From Paraspadella gotoi (taxonomy: Eukaryota; Animalia; Chaetognatha): a DNA stretch of 64,000 nucleotides. Every line of letters begins with the position of its first letter. The stretch's first letter is position 1. The notes under the pieces are model-generated. The model made no database searches and was not told where the DNA came from. It was given only the letters and a program-made list of their open reading frames with translations. Position numbers and translations under genes: made by a program. Below, in pieces: positions 1 to 13,366 of this stretch. The stretch is from positions 22,077,875 through 22,141,874 of the forward strand of contig CM119266.1 in the NCBI GenBank assembly GCA_051294375.1, in the 5' to 3' direction.

Positions 1-586
1 TTTTGTTTCATTTTAACTGCTTCGACCAGTCGTCTGTTTTACCTCTAAAGATTCAAAACAAAGCGTCCTCGCTCTTTGAGTTTGCAGAGCTCGCTTTGGG
101 CGAAGAGATCACGCAGTTTCATCTAACCCCGGTTAATTTTGGATGATGACGAGCAACCTTATCGTATTTTTTATATTAATTGAAAAAATGGTAGTTTATC
201 TAATCTTAAAAATTAATTACATAGTACGTATAGAGAGTTTAAATAGTTTAGGTTAATTTTAGTTTAGTTAAGTACTGTTTTTAGCAATTTATTTTTTACT
301 CATTGAGTGCTACAGAGATTGGGTATGAAATGTTTTGTCAAAAAAAAAAAAATTAATATAATTATAAACTTTAGTGATACACGTTTTAGTTTACTTCGTC
401 CAAGCCTCTTGCACGTTGCATTTACTCGTATTTGAGAGTAGACTAAAATTTGAAAGGAGACTAAATTCTTTTTTCTAATACAAATTTTGATTTTCAAAGT
501 GTTAAAAAAATCTTTACTGTGATTAAGTTAATCAGACAATTTACGTTCCTTCTTTTCATTCTTTATACTTATTGCCTTTTATTTAG

Positions 587-3500
587 AACAAACTTTGTGA
601 TATCACCCTCGTTTGTGGAGGTTCCTCTCAAATGGTGTGTCTTCCTGCACACAAACTCGTTCTTTCTGCTACAAGTCCATTTTTCAGGTCTTTACTAAAC
701 AAGGTAAGATACGGTGCACATTTCTTTACAAATATATCCTTTTTCATCACTTAATGAAAATTTTATTTTCTCAGAGCCATCTTCAGGGAAACACTTGCGT
801 TCTAGCAGGCGTCACTGGAACCGCAATGAAGGTTGGGGTAACGAATATATGGACGAGCTAATGCTTACAAGAAACAATTTTATAATCAATATATTCATAT
901 TGGTTTAGGTCCTACTTGATTTTATGTATGGTGGCGCAGTGCTTGAAGTTAATCCAAGAAACGTGAAGGAAATCCACGCCACCGCCCTTCTTTTGCAGGT
1001 TTTAAGCAATCTTTTTAAATCCAGTTAAAAAATAATTATTTAGGTTTTAATTTAAGTTATCGTTCTAACATTTTAATTTAGGTTTTTTTAATTTCATTGA
1101 AATTGTTTTATTTTTTTTTATTAAATTTATTTATTTATTAAATCCCTGTAATTTAATCGGTACATTTAGATTTTCAAAGATTTTGCGGTAATGCCTTTAT
1201 GATTATGTTTATGCAGCTCACGACGGCAGTCCAGATTTGCGAGCATCTCTGTTCCAAGATGGCGGCCTCCAACATCCCTCTCACGTCACCAACCTCGCCC
1301 TCCCGGCCTCACTCTCGTGGGGGAGGAGGTGGTGCGGGTGCCTCCGGTGGTGGCGGAAACGGTGGAGGCGTTGGTTTTGACGCAGGAGGAGAGGGAGGGT
1401 GCGGCCCTTTGTCTTCGTCCTCTGGCCAAAATCCTTCAAGCGGTTCAGGATTTTTGGGATCAGCTCTTAACGCCGCCCTTCTGGCTAAAAGCTCTTCGGC
1501 TTCGCGCAAAGGAACCACACCACCGCGCTCTATTCACTCCATACCCTCCCTTCCCTCTCAATCCACCGGGTTTCACTCTTCACCCGTATCTCATCACCAT
1601 CACAGAAAATCCCCTCATCCACGATCCAGGACTTCATCCAGGGATTCTCAAAGTCTCTTGGCCATTACTCTGCCCAATTCGGGTCAGTATGATATGTTTT
1701 CTTTCATAGATAAATAGTGATATAAATAGTAAATAGTAAATAGTGATCACAAAAACTTTCGGTCATTTAACCAATCTGGTTAGGAGATCTGTAATATAAA
1801 ATTCATTTGTCCATCATATATTTAAACCATATTTACTATCACTTTTTTAACTAGTGAAGCACAGTATAACATTAAAGCATTTAAATATTTATCAATGCAT
1901 CGGCAATGAAAAAAATTTTTTTTTTTTAAACGGAGTCAGATAGCCCATAAAAATTGTCTACACAAAGTATAATGCGTTTTTCAATATCTCGATGATAAGT
2001 GGGTCAAATAAGGGAAAAACCCTTAAAAATCATCATCATCATACCATAATTTTCAGATTTTTCTAATTTTAACCAACAAAATATAAAAATTTGGAAATCT
2101 TGTAATAATATTTTTTATTTATTTTTTCAAGCTCAAGTCAAATCCATTTTTAAAAATTCTGAATTAAAACAAAATTGTTTTCATAATTTATAGTAATACG
2201 ATAAATTTTAAATGCATCTATGTTATTAACTATATATAAAATCTAAAATTTTATTTTAATTTCGTTATCCCACAGGGATGCTCCGACGTTATTTATATTA
2301 CAGAACTCTTAGTTTTTACCTTCCTACTAAGTAATCCATAATGATTCTTTATCATTGCAACAGATTTTTCCGACGCTAAAAGCTTGAAACCAGAAGAGGG
2401 AGCACCGTCCCTCGCCTTGAATCTTTCCTCAGCGGCATCAGTTCTCCCGCCTTCGTCGTTCACCGACTCGCGACCCGAAACGTAACTGATATGAATTAGG
2501 AATGCTTAGAAAATTGTTACCCATTCGTTTTTCTTAACTTATTTATTCTATCGCAGTAACGCAACGTCCGTTGCTGAAACGGCGTTGGCGACCCTTCTGG
2601 CATCAGCAGCGGCGGCGACGGTGAACACAGGAGAAAGCCTCGAAGCGATAACCACGAGGTAATGTCATCGAATGGGATTCGCCGTGAACGATCGCCCTTA
2701 CCTTTCAGAGATAATGTACCTACGAGATTAAAACTGTTTCTCCATTCAGCGCCCTCAATCAATCGACGCTTATGGACGCGGCCAGCAATTTAAACGGCAT
2801 CATCATGACGACGGTAGAGGGAGGCCTGAATGGACCAATCGACGAGGAGGACTCGGACCGCATCGGGCCAATCACGACCACCGAGGAAGGGGGTTTAGGT
2901 GTCGTCGTTTTTCCGAGTAACGGCGGTTACGAACCCGATCGCGTCCAGGAAGGAGCAGTGGGTAGGTTCCGAAGAAAAAAAACTCTTTACAGTTAAATCA
3001 AGATTGTGCGTTGAAATATCCGCACCGTCCGTTTAATAATATGAGGATCTCTCTAAATAAAATATTGAATTTCCTTTGACGTGATGCGCAAGATATTGAC
3101 GAACAGAGATGACGTTCCCATATTTTTTAAAAATCACGATTAAACGGAATGAATGTTAGATGCATTTATTAGAGGGTCGCTTCGACCTCGATGTCACTTC
3201 GACCGTCATTTCAGCAAAGGGAAATAGGGGGGGGGGAAATGGAAGGAATGGAAAGCGGGGGCTAGGGGGGCTGAAATGGCGTGGCCATTTGTTCCAACGA
3301 TAGTCGATTTAAGCTGGAGAAATCAAAGCAATGCAATGGAATGGAGGGTTTCCGCGCGTAATAAAATTTAATAAACTTGCAATTGTAGATGTCCGTCGTT
3401 TATAATCTGTTTAATTAATTTTTTTTTGTTTTTGAATTTTCTGATGTTGAATTTGTGGTGTGATTAAATCGACAAAAACTAAAACTGTTTTGCTTTTGCG

Positions 3501-6500
3501 TTAAGTCTGCGTATGTTTTACATCTTGCGGCTGATTGATCCGATGAAAGCGGGCTAAATAGATGTGGCATTTTAATTGTGTTCCCGGCCGAGTTGCCAGT
3601 TGGTTGTCGAAGCTGTAATAATGAATCCGGCCCTAAAATAATTGAAGCTTTTCGCTTCATTTGTTCCGCTTTAATCGAGAATTTTCAGCTTTTCTATTTT
3701 ATTATTTACTGTTTACGTTAGTGTTGTGCTCTTTTAATTCAATTTTAAATACATAATGGGCGAATTTCCAATATTATATAAATTATAAGGGGATATATTT
3801 CATATTGTAGACTAGCTCTCACATTTGTTACTCATAATACTTTAAATTTTTGTGTATTAATCGAGTATCTGACACACATTTTGATGTGCAACTTTTGTTC
3901 GACTACAATGTCCTAACGTCGCACCCACTCTGATCAGGTGGCAAGCGATACCGGCCCTCCTCAGTTTCGTCATCGAGTCGAAGTATTGATTCTCCTAATT
4001 CCGGGAAAAGGCGCAACGTTGATAGCGACCTCACGGATGAGACCACGGAGCGCGAGTCGAAGAAGGAAAAGAAAGAAAATGAACCCGAAACTATTAAAAT
4101 CGAGAAAATTATCTCTGAAGGTAACCTTCCATGAAAAAACCGAACGTGAAAAAAAGCTTTGACTCATTCATTTGGTTTTCTGAACGACTACGCATTAAAT
4201 TCTTAGACACGGAAGCAATAACATCCTCTGGCGTCGAAACATTTTGCGAAGAGCCGACGGAACGCCGGTCATCTCAACCGCAGGTTTGAGTTTGCTGAAT
4301 ATTTTTTTGTAAATCTATATATAATATTATATATCTATATCTTTTCTTTCAATATAGATTCTAACCCATAACCCTCTGCAACAACTCCGTCCCCCGCCCC
4401 CTCATTCGAGTTCACCGGCATCTCCACAGCCCGCGATATCTCTCCACTCCGCTCAGCCTTTGTTCACCGCGCGGTACGTGTTTGAAAGTATTTTTTTCTT
4501 TTCTGTTTTATGATAGGCTCAGGACTCAGGACTTCTTTTCACGTCTTGCTTTTTCAGATCCGTGTATGGCACAGCCGAGACCAAAGAAGGGATTCTGAGC
4601 AGCGTTCTCAACGCTTTGGCTTCTCAGAAAGTCAAGGGAGAAAACGCCAGCCTCCCCAATGAGCAGGTAAGGTCCATGGATATATTCTCTTTTTCGATTG
4701 GTTATTGCCATTCTCTTGACAATTCTTTGAATTAGTTCGCGTTTTGAACCATGTCACGAAGCTTATGCTCGAAAAATCCCCGTCGGTTTTTAAATTTTTC
4801 TTTTCTCGTGCTTCATTTTTTTGTCTGTTTTTTAAATCTTAAATTCATTCATGCATGTAGGATTCGAGGCCTTTTGCTTTTCGATTGTGGACAGATAAAA
4901 AAAAGTGCTGAAGAGAATGCCGTCCTTCTTTACTTTGGCCTACATTATTTTGAAAACCGGTTATTGTTCTCAAGGCTTCAATTATCTTTGATTTTCTCAT
5001 CTACCTCGACAATTATGAATGAGATTTAGAGGAATTATGTTCTTTCTCCGTACAGATAATTTCAAAAAGGTTTTTTATTTATTATATTTTTCTCGCTTGG
5101 TTTCCTCTATATAGCTTATGATTTCGTTAAAATACAAATAACTAAACGAAAATCTTATAAAATGGCCTCTTTATACACAAACAAAAATTGATATTTTTCG
5201 AATTTTTGCTATTCAGGAGCGTCTCTCTCCCGACGAAGGCGTGGGAGCCGCGACCCACTCGGGCGAGGAAGATTCCTACGGAGAAGACAGGGACGAAAGC
5301 GCCGGAGACCGGACGCCGAGGCGCAGTCGGAGAGAGACGGAGGAAGAGGAGGAGGCGGGCAGGTCCCCGTCCGAAGGAGGTAGTAAAAGCTATAAGGAAT
5401 TACAGATTGGATAGGGAGAAACTGGTCTTTTAATTATTTGTTATGGTCGGATGACTCTACTTTTTATTTCTGTGTTCGATAAACCGACACGACGAAAGTC
5501 AGATCTGCTCCTCCGACGAGAAGATTGTATTTGAATTCCCCTCTCCCCTTTTTCTTCCCCCTCTCCTTGGATCAGGCGGCGGGAGCGGTGAAGGTTCAGA
5601 TCACATACGTTTACGCGGCGTGATGGGCCTCATCCCCGCCGATTCCGACTCTCCCTTGGCTCAAGTTTTGGGACGCCAGACCGGAAGTCGGTTCGACGAG
5701 GGCGAAGAAGAAGATTCGCGCCCGCGGGCCGGTGGAGCTCTATCACGAGGCGTCAGCCCCCCACCCGCCCTGGCTTCGATGATAGGCGTCGGCGGTGGCG
5801 GAGGAAAGCACCGAAGTGGCGGCGCGTCGCATCTTGGTTTGGGTCACGCCCATCCCACGGATCCGCACCGGGCGTCGTCTTCTCCTCCCCCTGGAAGCGA
5901 AGGCATAAGAGCCGCCACTCCACCTACCCCAGGAACCCTGGACAAGTGGAGGGGTAGGGAACGGAGAGATTATCCGCCTGCCTCTCCTAGTCCGCCCTTG
6001 TCTCGGAGCCCTCCGCCATACGGCGGACATAATATGGCCGCGCTACAGGCAAGTTGAACCGTATTGTATTTCTATTATTACGTAAGGAATTTAATGTCAA
6101 TGCTGTTGTTTCGACTTGCATTACTCGAAGCTGCCTAGATTAATAGTCACTGTTCAGTCGGTCAGTTGTTCATTATAGTTCTACTCAGCGAGCGTAACAG
6201 TAAGTTATTCAGATTGGATAATGTATATGATAGAATAGTTTTTTTTCTTTTTTTATTGGAAATTGACGTACATAGGAAAAAATTGATTTTTCGTTTCCGA
6301 ACTGATTAGATCGTATATTGCAGTTTTGTTGCAGGCAATCGTATTTCCCTTGTTGCCAATGGCAAAAAAATTTAAACCAGGAAAATAAATTAAAGCGCTC
6401 AAATCCTTGTCCAGCAAGGCTTCCTTCAAATTATTTGCATAAAGCCTTAAATTTTTTTTTTTCAAAATACAGGGGGAAAAATGCCCGCCTGTGATTGAAT

Positions 6501-8164
6501 TAGTTTTTTATTCAATATTTTTTTTTTTGTCAAACGTTTTCATTCATTCTAGGCTGCTGCTGCGGCGATTCTGGCAGGTGGATCTTCCCACGCGGCCGCG
6601 GCAGCCGCTGCCGCAGCGGCTGCGGCAGGTTACCCCTCCTGGCTTGCGCTCTCGGCGCTCAGGAATCAGGCAAATATGGTGGCGCAAAATCTATCGGGTA
6701 AGTCGTCCTTAATTCCGCCCTTTTTTCCCCCTCCCCGTTCTAAATTAAATTTACTTTCTCTCCGGATGGTGTTTGTTTATCCCATTTCCACCGCTGACCA
6801 TTCTTTGTTTGTTCCGAATTCCATCGGCTAATGTTTCTATCTCTCCAATTACCGCCATGGTTAGATTTTGCCTCGGGGAAACACTCATCTCCCCCCCCTC
6901 GTGGTTTTTCCCATTTTACCCTCGACTTTACAGGAGATCGCAGCGAGAGTCCTCTCTCCTCCTCTCCACCTCCACCCGCCCACCCCATGGGCGCCTCCCT
7001 CCCTCATCTCGGTGCTCCACCTTCTCAAGGCGGCCTCAACGGTGGCGCTTCTCAGAGAGGAAATCCCCAATATCCTCATCACATTCAGGTATTATGATTA
7101 TGGAATTTTTTTATTATTTTAGAATAATCTATTGATTAGGTGGTCAATGGTAATTGGTCTATAAATAAATAAATAAAATACAAGAAATTTTACAGCCGCA
7201 GCGCAGCTGTCCATAAAATAAAGTACTATTTTAAAATTGTCATTTTAAAATTGTAATTACAAAACTCAAAAGGCTAAAAACATCACAAGCCGGAAAAGAG
7301 GTTTCGGACTCTCATTCAAGGCCACCTGTACTTGCTCACTAACCTAGGCCCGTCATTTACATATATCCAGCGAACCAGCATAAAAGTGGTTAGAACGCAG
7401 GACGCTCGGTTCCTTTGAAGCAACTTTGTCTAAAAAAGAGATGGTTGTATTTGAAATTAGTAAAAGTGCAGTAAAAAAGAAATGAGAGAAAATTGGAAAA
7501 TTGAACTGAAGCTAAAAAGAGGTAAAATTTTTATCCTTATAAAACGAAGTCACTATAGTTCTGGTCGTTACGCTTTTTAAGGTAAAATATATTTTATTGA
7601 ATATTCTAATCTTATTCAATCTCTTCTTTCATTTTTTATACTTTTCAGCCTCATCTCAGCCCAGCGTCGATCATAAACAGCCTTACAGCCGGATCTGGAG
7701 ATCGTGGAAGTAGCGCCTCGACAGGTGGAGCACTTAACTCACTCGTCAACTCATCGCTGGTTGGTTACGTCGGACCTATGAATCGTGTTTCGGATCTCGA
7801 TGGAATAGGATCCGCGGCACATTTGGGTTCTGGTCGTGGTTCCGGCGGGGGTCCACCGCTCGGCCTTTTCGGTGGCCTGGGAGGTCTGGGGGTCGGGATC
7901 AAGGCTTCTGCTGGAATGGGAGATCTGGGGACCAGCGCCGCGTCCGGAGTCAGACACGAGTGCCCCTATTGTGGTCAGTCAGTTTCGACGAAGCAAGGCT
8001 TGGATCAACATGTACGGCTGAAACATACGCACGTAGGCATAAAACCCTGGAAATGTGCTTATTGCGATCATGCTTCGGCGCTCAAGGGAAACTGTCAAAA
8101 GCATATTTTGAGGAATCACCCCGGATGCGAAGTCAGAATAGAAAAAATTCATCATGTCGAATGA
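587..8164 (+). CDS. BTB/POZ-domain C2H2 zinc-finger transcription factor (ZBTB-like), multi-exon; start codon lies upstream and is unresolved
   Basis: Phase-consistent exons 587-703, 775-831, 909-998, 1217-1682, 2364-2481, 2557-2658, 2750-2961, 3938-4120, 4207-4283, 4358-4473, 4558-4666, 5217-5379, 5576-6048, 6553-6697, 6934-7088, 7649-8164. The first exons give BTB hallmarks (LCDITLVCG, AHKLVLSATSPFFRSLL, LLDFMYGG, ATALLLQL..AVQIC). The last exon gives two fingers, CPYC..HVRLKH and KPWKCAYC..HILRNH. The linker is low-complexity S/G/P/A with an ALNLS motif resembling CtBP-binding PxDLS. Confidence 0.9.
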
Positions 8165-9338
8165 TCGTTTTCTTATTAACTAAATCGGGGACCGTTAAAA
8201 AAGGCCAAGAGGTTATTGACAAATCTTTGTCAAATTATCTTGGTGCAACCTGCAAAGGAGGCGTTTGAATTAAATAGCATCTATTCCTTTGAAATTCACT
8301 TGTTTGAGATTACAGTTTGTTATAAATTCCATTACAAATTCGTAAATTGTGGATGATCTCGTTTGGTTAGCCAATGTTTAACGCATTCCCATTACAGGAT
8401 GACAAAAGATGTTTTCATTTTTTTTTTAGTTTGTTTTTATTCTTCCCAAAATTTATCCGTATGTAATTCAATGGAAAGAAATACAATACTCCTTTTCGTC
8501 ATAATCAGTCGACTTGATATCTGATTGATTTTTCTTTAATTCCATGCTGTTCCCATTACCCATTAGCTCCAGATTCCCGGTTTTTTTCTTTCCATCCTCC
8601 GCTCCACAAAATTCGCCTCTCGTCGGTTTTCAAACGCATTTAAAAAATAAATTTGTTATTGTAGTTAAAGACCGCGCGACTTTTCCTACGGCCTTTGTAC
8701 TGTATATCGCATCTTAGTAATCACGTTTTTCTATAGGTTTTCATCTGTGTTTTTAATCTTCGGTATCCAGTTGAGAGGATGCTACATCTTCCTGTGCCAA
8801 ATTTTTCAACTCCCTTGTATAGAAACATAAATTTAGTTATGTTGGTTTTAATAGTTTTGTTTTTTGTTGGTTTTTGTTAGTTATTTTTTGTTTGTAGTAG
8901 ACTTCCGTCATCAGTGATTTTGTCTGCCCTCCCCACTAGAGCGTAGTGAAAGTTGCGTATATATGAAAATTCTATTAGTCAATTATGAACAACTTTTACC
9001 AAAGAATAATTTTTAAAAAATATTAAATTTTTTTGTTTTTTATTTCCGCAGTAGGCAACTTTTGTATTTATTACTAATTAAATCTTAAAATTTGAAAATC
9101 TTTTTTTTTTTTTTGAACGTTAATTAAAAAATAATTTTTTTTTCAAAACTACATTTGAAATACAAAAAATTAATTTGCAGATTGAATTATTAGTTTTTCT
9201 GATTTGTGACTACTACCTTAATGAAATAAAATAAAATAAAGATATAATATGTATATATATCAAATGCAATATGTAATACAAAATATAAAAGAATATTTTA
9301 TAAAAATAATTTTGAAATTATGACATTATCGAGTAATT

Positions 9339-9494
9339 GGCAAAATTTTATTTTCGCCAACCGGGCTTATGGATGGGGTATGGGGTGGTTAAGGATAGGA
9401 GGGTTTAGGTTAATGAAATTTTTTTTAAAATAAAAATTTTTAAATTGTTTTTAAAAGACGACAAAACTCCGGTCGGCGCAAGTAAAATTTTACC
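9339..9494. mobile_element. MITE with ~26-bp imperfect TIRs, Merlin-like ends
   Basis: Left GGCAAAATTTTATTTTCGCCAACCGG is an imperfect inverted repeat of right CCGGTCGGCGCAAGTAAAATTTTACC. Flanked by GAGTAATT / GGGTAATT (8-bp TSD, 1 mismatch). Confidence 0.7.
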
Positions 9495-11139
9495 GGGTAA
9501 TTATTTTATTTGAATATAGCCCATAGCGTAAATGGCGAAAATGATAATTAAATTTTTTATAAAATAATCTTCAGTAATACAATGTTGTTCATTCTTTATT
9601 TTTAGAATTTGATTATGCTTAAATTTAAACTTTTTACTGCGCTTTACTCCCTAGTATTTTTAAGTTTTTAATGGTTTAATATTTTCAAAATCTTTGCATA
9701 TGCTAGCAAAAAGACGAACCCCTATATTTGTTATGGTTTTCCTTTAGCAGATGTAGTATTAATTATTCTAATTGGTGTTCTAAAAGATTGCATTTTATTT
9801 AGTGTTTTATTTTCTGTAACCTATTTGTAGTAATTTATTGAATGAGTGCCAAAAGATATTTTGTCCCTAATATTCAGTGCCAAACATTAGCCAAACAGAC
9901 GTAGCATTTTTTCAGGTGAAATCCGCGATTTTCTTTTTGTTATTTTTATAGCTGTGTGACAATATATCAGATTAATAAAGTTTTTAAAACAATAATTCAC
10001 AGCGTAAAACATTTGAAACGCCAAATGAATAAAACCCAGGGGGCTGTGAAACCACAGTATTTCAATAGGGAGGAAATCCTTAACGAATTATGTCCAATTT
10101 TTGACAACAACAGTATATCATGGTTTTTGTTTTAAGATAAAACCAACTAATTGGCTTAAATACGAGTAAGGGTTTTGCACCATACTTACGTACTCTTTAT
10201 CGAATTACTCTAACAAAAATTTTTAGAAATTTATTGGCTTTAAAAGATTAAGGCTCTTCGAGCAAAACTTTATAAAGCTCCTATAATAATATACTAATAT
10301 ATTTATTTTCCTCATTCAGTCCAGTTTTGCCAGATTACGAAATGGGCAGTATCGCCAGAAAAAAATAATTAACATATGATCCAGGATACATCTTTTCTCT
10401 ATTCCATCAAAATTAATTCTTGACATTTGTCACATGAATTTTTTTATTTACAAGGACATCAGCTCTCCATTCATGTAGTCCTTTAATATTTTTGTGTAAT
10501 ATACTTGTTTTTAAAACATTCACGTTTTAATCTTTATTACGCAAGTCATAAAATGGATAAAAGACGTGATTGTTGTCTGTTTTGGTTTGTTGAAATTATT
10601 ACCTTTTACGCACCTATAAAATACCGGACGATGGATTCATTGATCAAGCATTTATGAAATTTAGGCGATGGATGAAACGCTCGTTCATTGATCATGAATC
10701 ATCGGTACATTTTCTACTGTCGTATCCATAATCATTTCATGTCAATGTAGAGATCATCAAGTCGTTTCAAAACATAAATTTCTCCATTGAAATTATAGAT
10801 TTTGTCGAATAAACGTTTTTTCGGTGAATTTTAATAACCTACCAATGTTAGTTATGAAGCTATTCCGCAATATTTTCGATTTAAAAAATATGTATACGAC
10901 CATTAGCTAGTTTAATAATATGAAATTGGTACAACTAATATAAAAATTATCCATTCATTTAATAAAAAAGCTATCTGATTTTGGACAGGCTATGGTGGTT
11001 TATAATATTCTTAAATATTAATACCAATTCCCTTTGTTCCTGTGAATAAAGCGAGCTTTATGATAATAATATTTAGAAAATCTAGTATAATGATATCGCC
11101 AGACGTTACTATCAATCAAAAAATCCGGAAAAAAAAGAT

Positions 11140-11830
11140 GCGATAACGAATTGATGTAATAATAATTGATTGATGTAATAGTAATTGATTGATGTAATAG
11201 TAATTGATAAATGATACGACGATAACCAATTATTGATGCGACGTTAACCAAATGATTGATACGATGATAACCAAATGCTGCGATTTCTAGCTGCTGCAGA
11301 TCAGATGAGGCAATGACTGTAAAAATAAATAAAAGATAAAGATATTTTTACAATTGTTTACAATTAAAAATTGTTACAATTTTTTTATAATTGGAAGTCG
11401 TAAAAGCGTATATTTTTATTTATATTAAAATTTAGATATAGCTTCTCATTATCAAGATCTTTTAAATTGTTTTTTATAAAAGTATGCTATCATAGTATAT
11501 TAAAAATTTAGACATGGCCTCTCATCTTTAAGATCTTTGAAATTGTCATGTTTCATGTGGATTCAAATATTTTTTGTTTGAATTTCTTTCTCATTATGAT
11601 TTACTGCAAAAGTTAGAAAATAGTACTTATTATAATATGCAAATTAGTATATTGCAGCAAGTCATAATATTGAAAAAAATCATACAAAAAATATTTAGAT
11701 CCATATGAAATATGACAATTTCAAAGATCTTAAAGATGAGAGGCCATGTCTAAATTTTTAATATACTATGATAGCATACTTTGATAAAAATCAATAGTAA
11801 TTCGTAGTAGTTTTTATGTAAAAAGATAAG
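11140..11830. mobile_element. Composite repeat copy A: GATGATAACCAATTATT-type minisatellite plus ~320-bp foldback palindrome
   Basis: Minisatellite at ~11140-11275. Arm ~11471-11580 is the near-perfect reverse complement of ~11681-11790. The terminal GTAGTAGTTTTTAT motif recurs at ~33995 and ~50323. Confidence 0.7.
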
Positions 11831-12112
11831 AGATATTGACTTTTTTGATATTGACATTATTTGGGAAAAAATATATTAATCAACTTCCTAATTTTTTTTT
11901 ATATTATATATTTGTAAATTTATAAAAAAGCAAGTTAAAGAACTAGTAATTAATTGAATATGATCACTTTTATACTCTGTAGAACGAAAAACTTTAAGTA
12001 ATTAAATATCACTCGCATCAGTTTTTATCAATCATTAGTGGGTGAAACTAATATACAATAATTCATGGAGGTTCAAAGGATCAGTTATTTGTTTAATGTT
12101 TAATTTGCTCCG

Positions 12113-12397
12113 GGTAAAGTTGAATATTTATCGTTTCGGTAATTTTTTATTTTTTAAAGCAATTATTTTTGTTTGTAACTAATAACCACCCTTAAGCTTA
12201 TCCTTAACTACCCTGAAGTACCCTTAACGTTAACCACCCTTAACCTTAACCACCTTTTATACTACTTACCCTTACCCCTAAATACCTTTAACCTTAATCA
12301 ATTTTTTTTTGTAATATAAAACAATAGTAATGATATATATATAAATAAAAAAATAATCGACAGGCTCGGTTCCCGTCGGCGAAAGTACAATTATGCC
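12113..12397. mobile_element. Second, older copy of the 9339 MITE family in opposite orientation
   Basis: Right end CCGTCGGCGAAAGTACAATTATGCC resembles the 9339 TIR. Internal TAACCACCCTTAA/CCTTAACC repeats are complementary to the GGTGGTTAAGG/TAGGTTAA tract of the first copy. Confidence 0.55.
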
Positions 12398-12764
12398 TTC
12401 ATCAGTTTATTAGTTTTTTAAATGAATATTTTTGAAAATATGAGTTAGGATGACTTGTTAATTTTTTATTTTTGTTAGTGTATGATGATCTTTTGTCTTG
12501 AAAATAAGTGTAGAAATTAGTTCATCATACTTTTTCAAAAGTTTGGCGCATTTGGACATCTTGTTCTTTTGTTTAAGGTGTGGTATGATTTAAATGTCAA
12601 ATGTCTGGTGGTAATTTCTTCGTTTAACATAAAAATTATAAGTTTATATTATAATTATAATTTTATATAATATTTTGGATATCTTTATTGAAGTTTTCAT
12701 TTATTAGTTTTTTCAATAAAGCAATTTATTTTTTTGTGGTCTGTTATTCAACAATTGTTGCTGC

Positions 12765-12777
12765 CAAAATGGCCGCC
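12765..12777 (+). promoter_or_regulatory. Possible YY1/Pho-type site in the putative FRMD4 promoter
   Basis: CAAAATGGCCGCC resembles the YY1 consensus. It sits at the edge of an AT-rich spacer ~600 bp upstream of the FRMD4 ATG. Motif match only. Confidence 0.25.
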
Positions 12778-13366
12778 TCTGTATTCTGTAATTCACCAAC
12801 GAAATAAACTTAAAGCCGCCAAATTGTTAAGTCTTTGATGCCCCGTTTGGACGACCAGTCTACCTCATTTGTTTTGTTGTCTCTTTTTCTTTTCAGAAAA
12901 AAAAGGAAAAAAAAAGTTAAGTCTGTGGTGTACAACTTTCTTTGACTGACTTTGAACTATTTACCTACTGCTCTTATAAAGTATGATTTATTTTTTTAAT
13001 TTTTCGTCATTATTTTGAGATAAATTTTAGCACTCGTCGAATTGATGTTTCTTGTATTACAAATATATAATTTTAAATCCGACAATAGCTTTGGTTCGTC
13101 TTTGAAAGTGACTTCCGTTTTTTTGCTTTCACTTTGTTTAACCTTGGTTTATTATTAATTACTGTCCTTTTTCACTGTTGTATCTCAGTCGTAAGTACTT
13201 GCCTATTGAGGATAACTGAATTCAATGACGCTGTAACTTAATCAGCCGTAAATTAAACCAGAGACTTTGTTAAAAATGGTGCGGCGCATGAGACGCTCAA
13301 TAATGAAATGAAGTGGCGGCCATGAATCGATTCTGAGACGACGACGCCTTTGCCGCCGCCGCCGCC

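Noticed and set aside
3-131. Possible upstream coding exon of the BTB gene (..KASSLFEFAELALGEEITQFHLTP|gt)
   Set aside because: The frame is open with a phase-0 donor, but no start or acceptor is clear and no BTB motif is present.
7270-7430. GC-richer intronic patch with TGGTTAGAACGC, a possible SINE relic (similar patches at 37040-37190 and 50640-50690)
   Set aside because: No intact A/B box pair, no twister motifs and no second copy seen.
8900-12410. CUGAUGA hammerhead-like words on the minus strand at ~8910 and ~12400
   Set aside because: No stem II followed by GAAA and no stems I/III.
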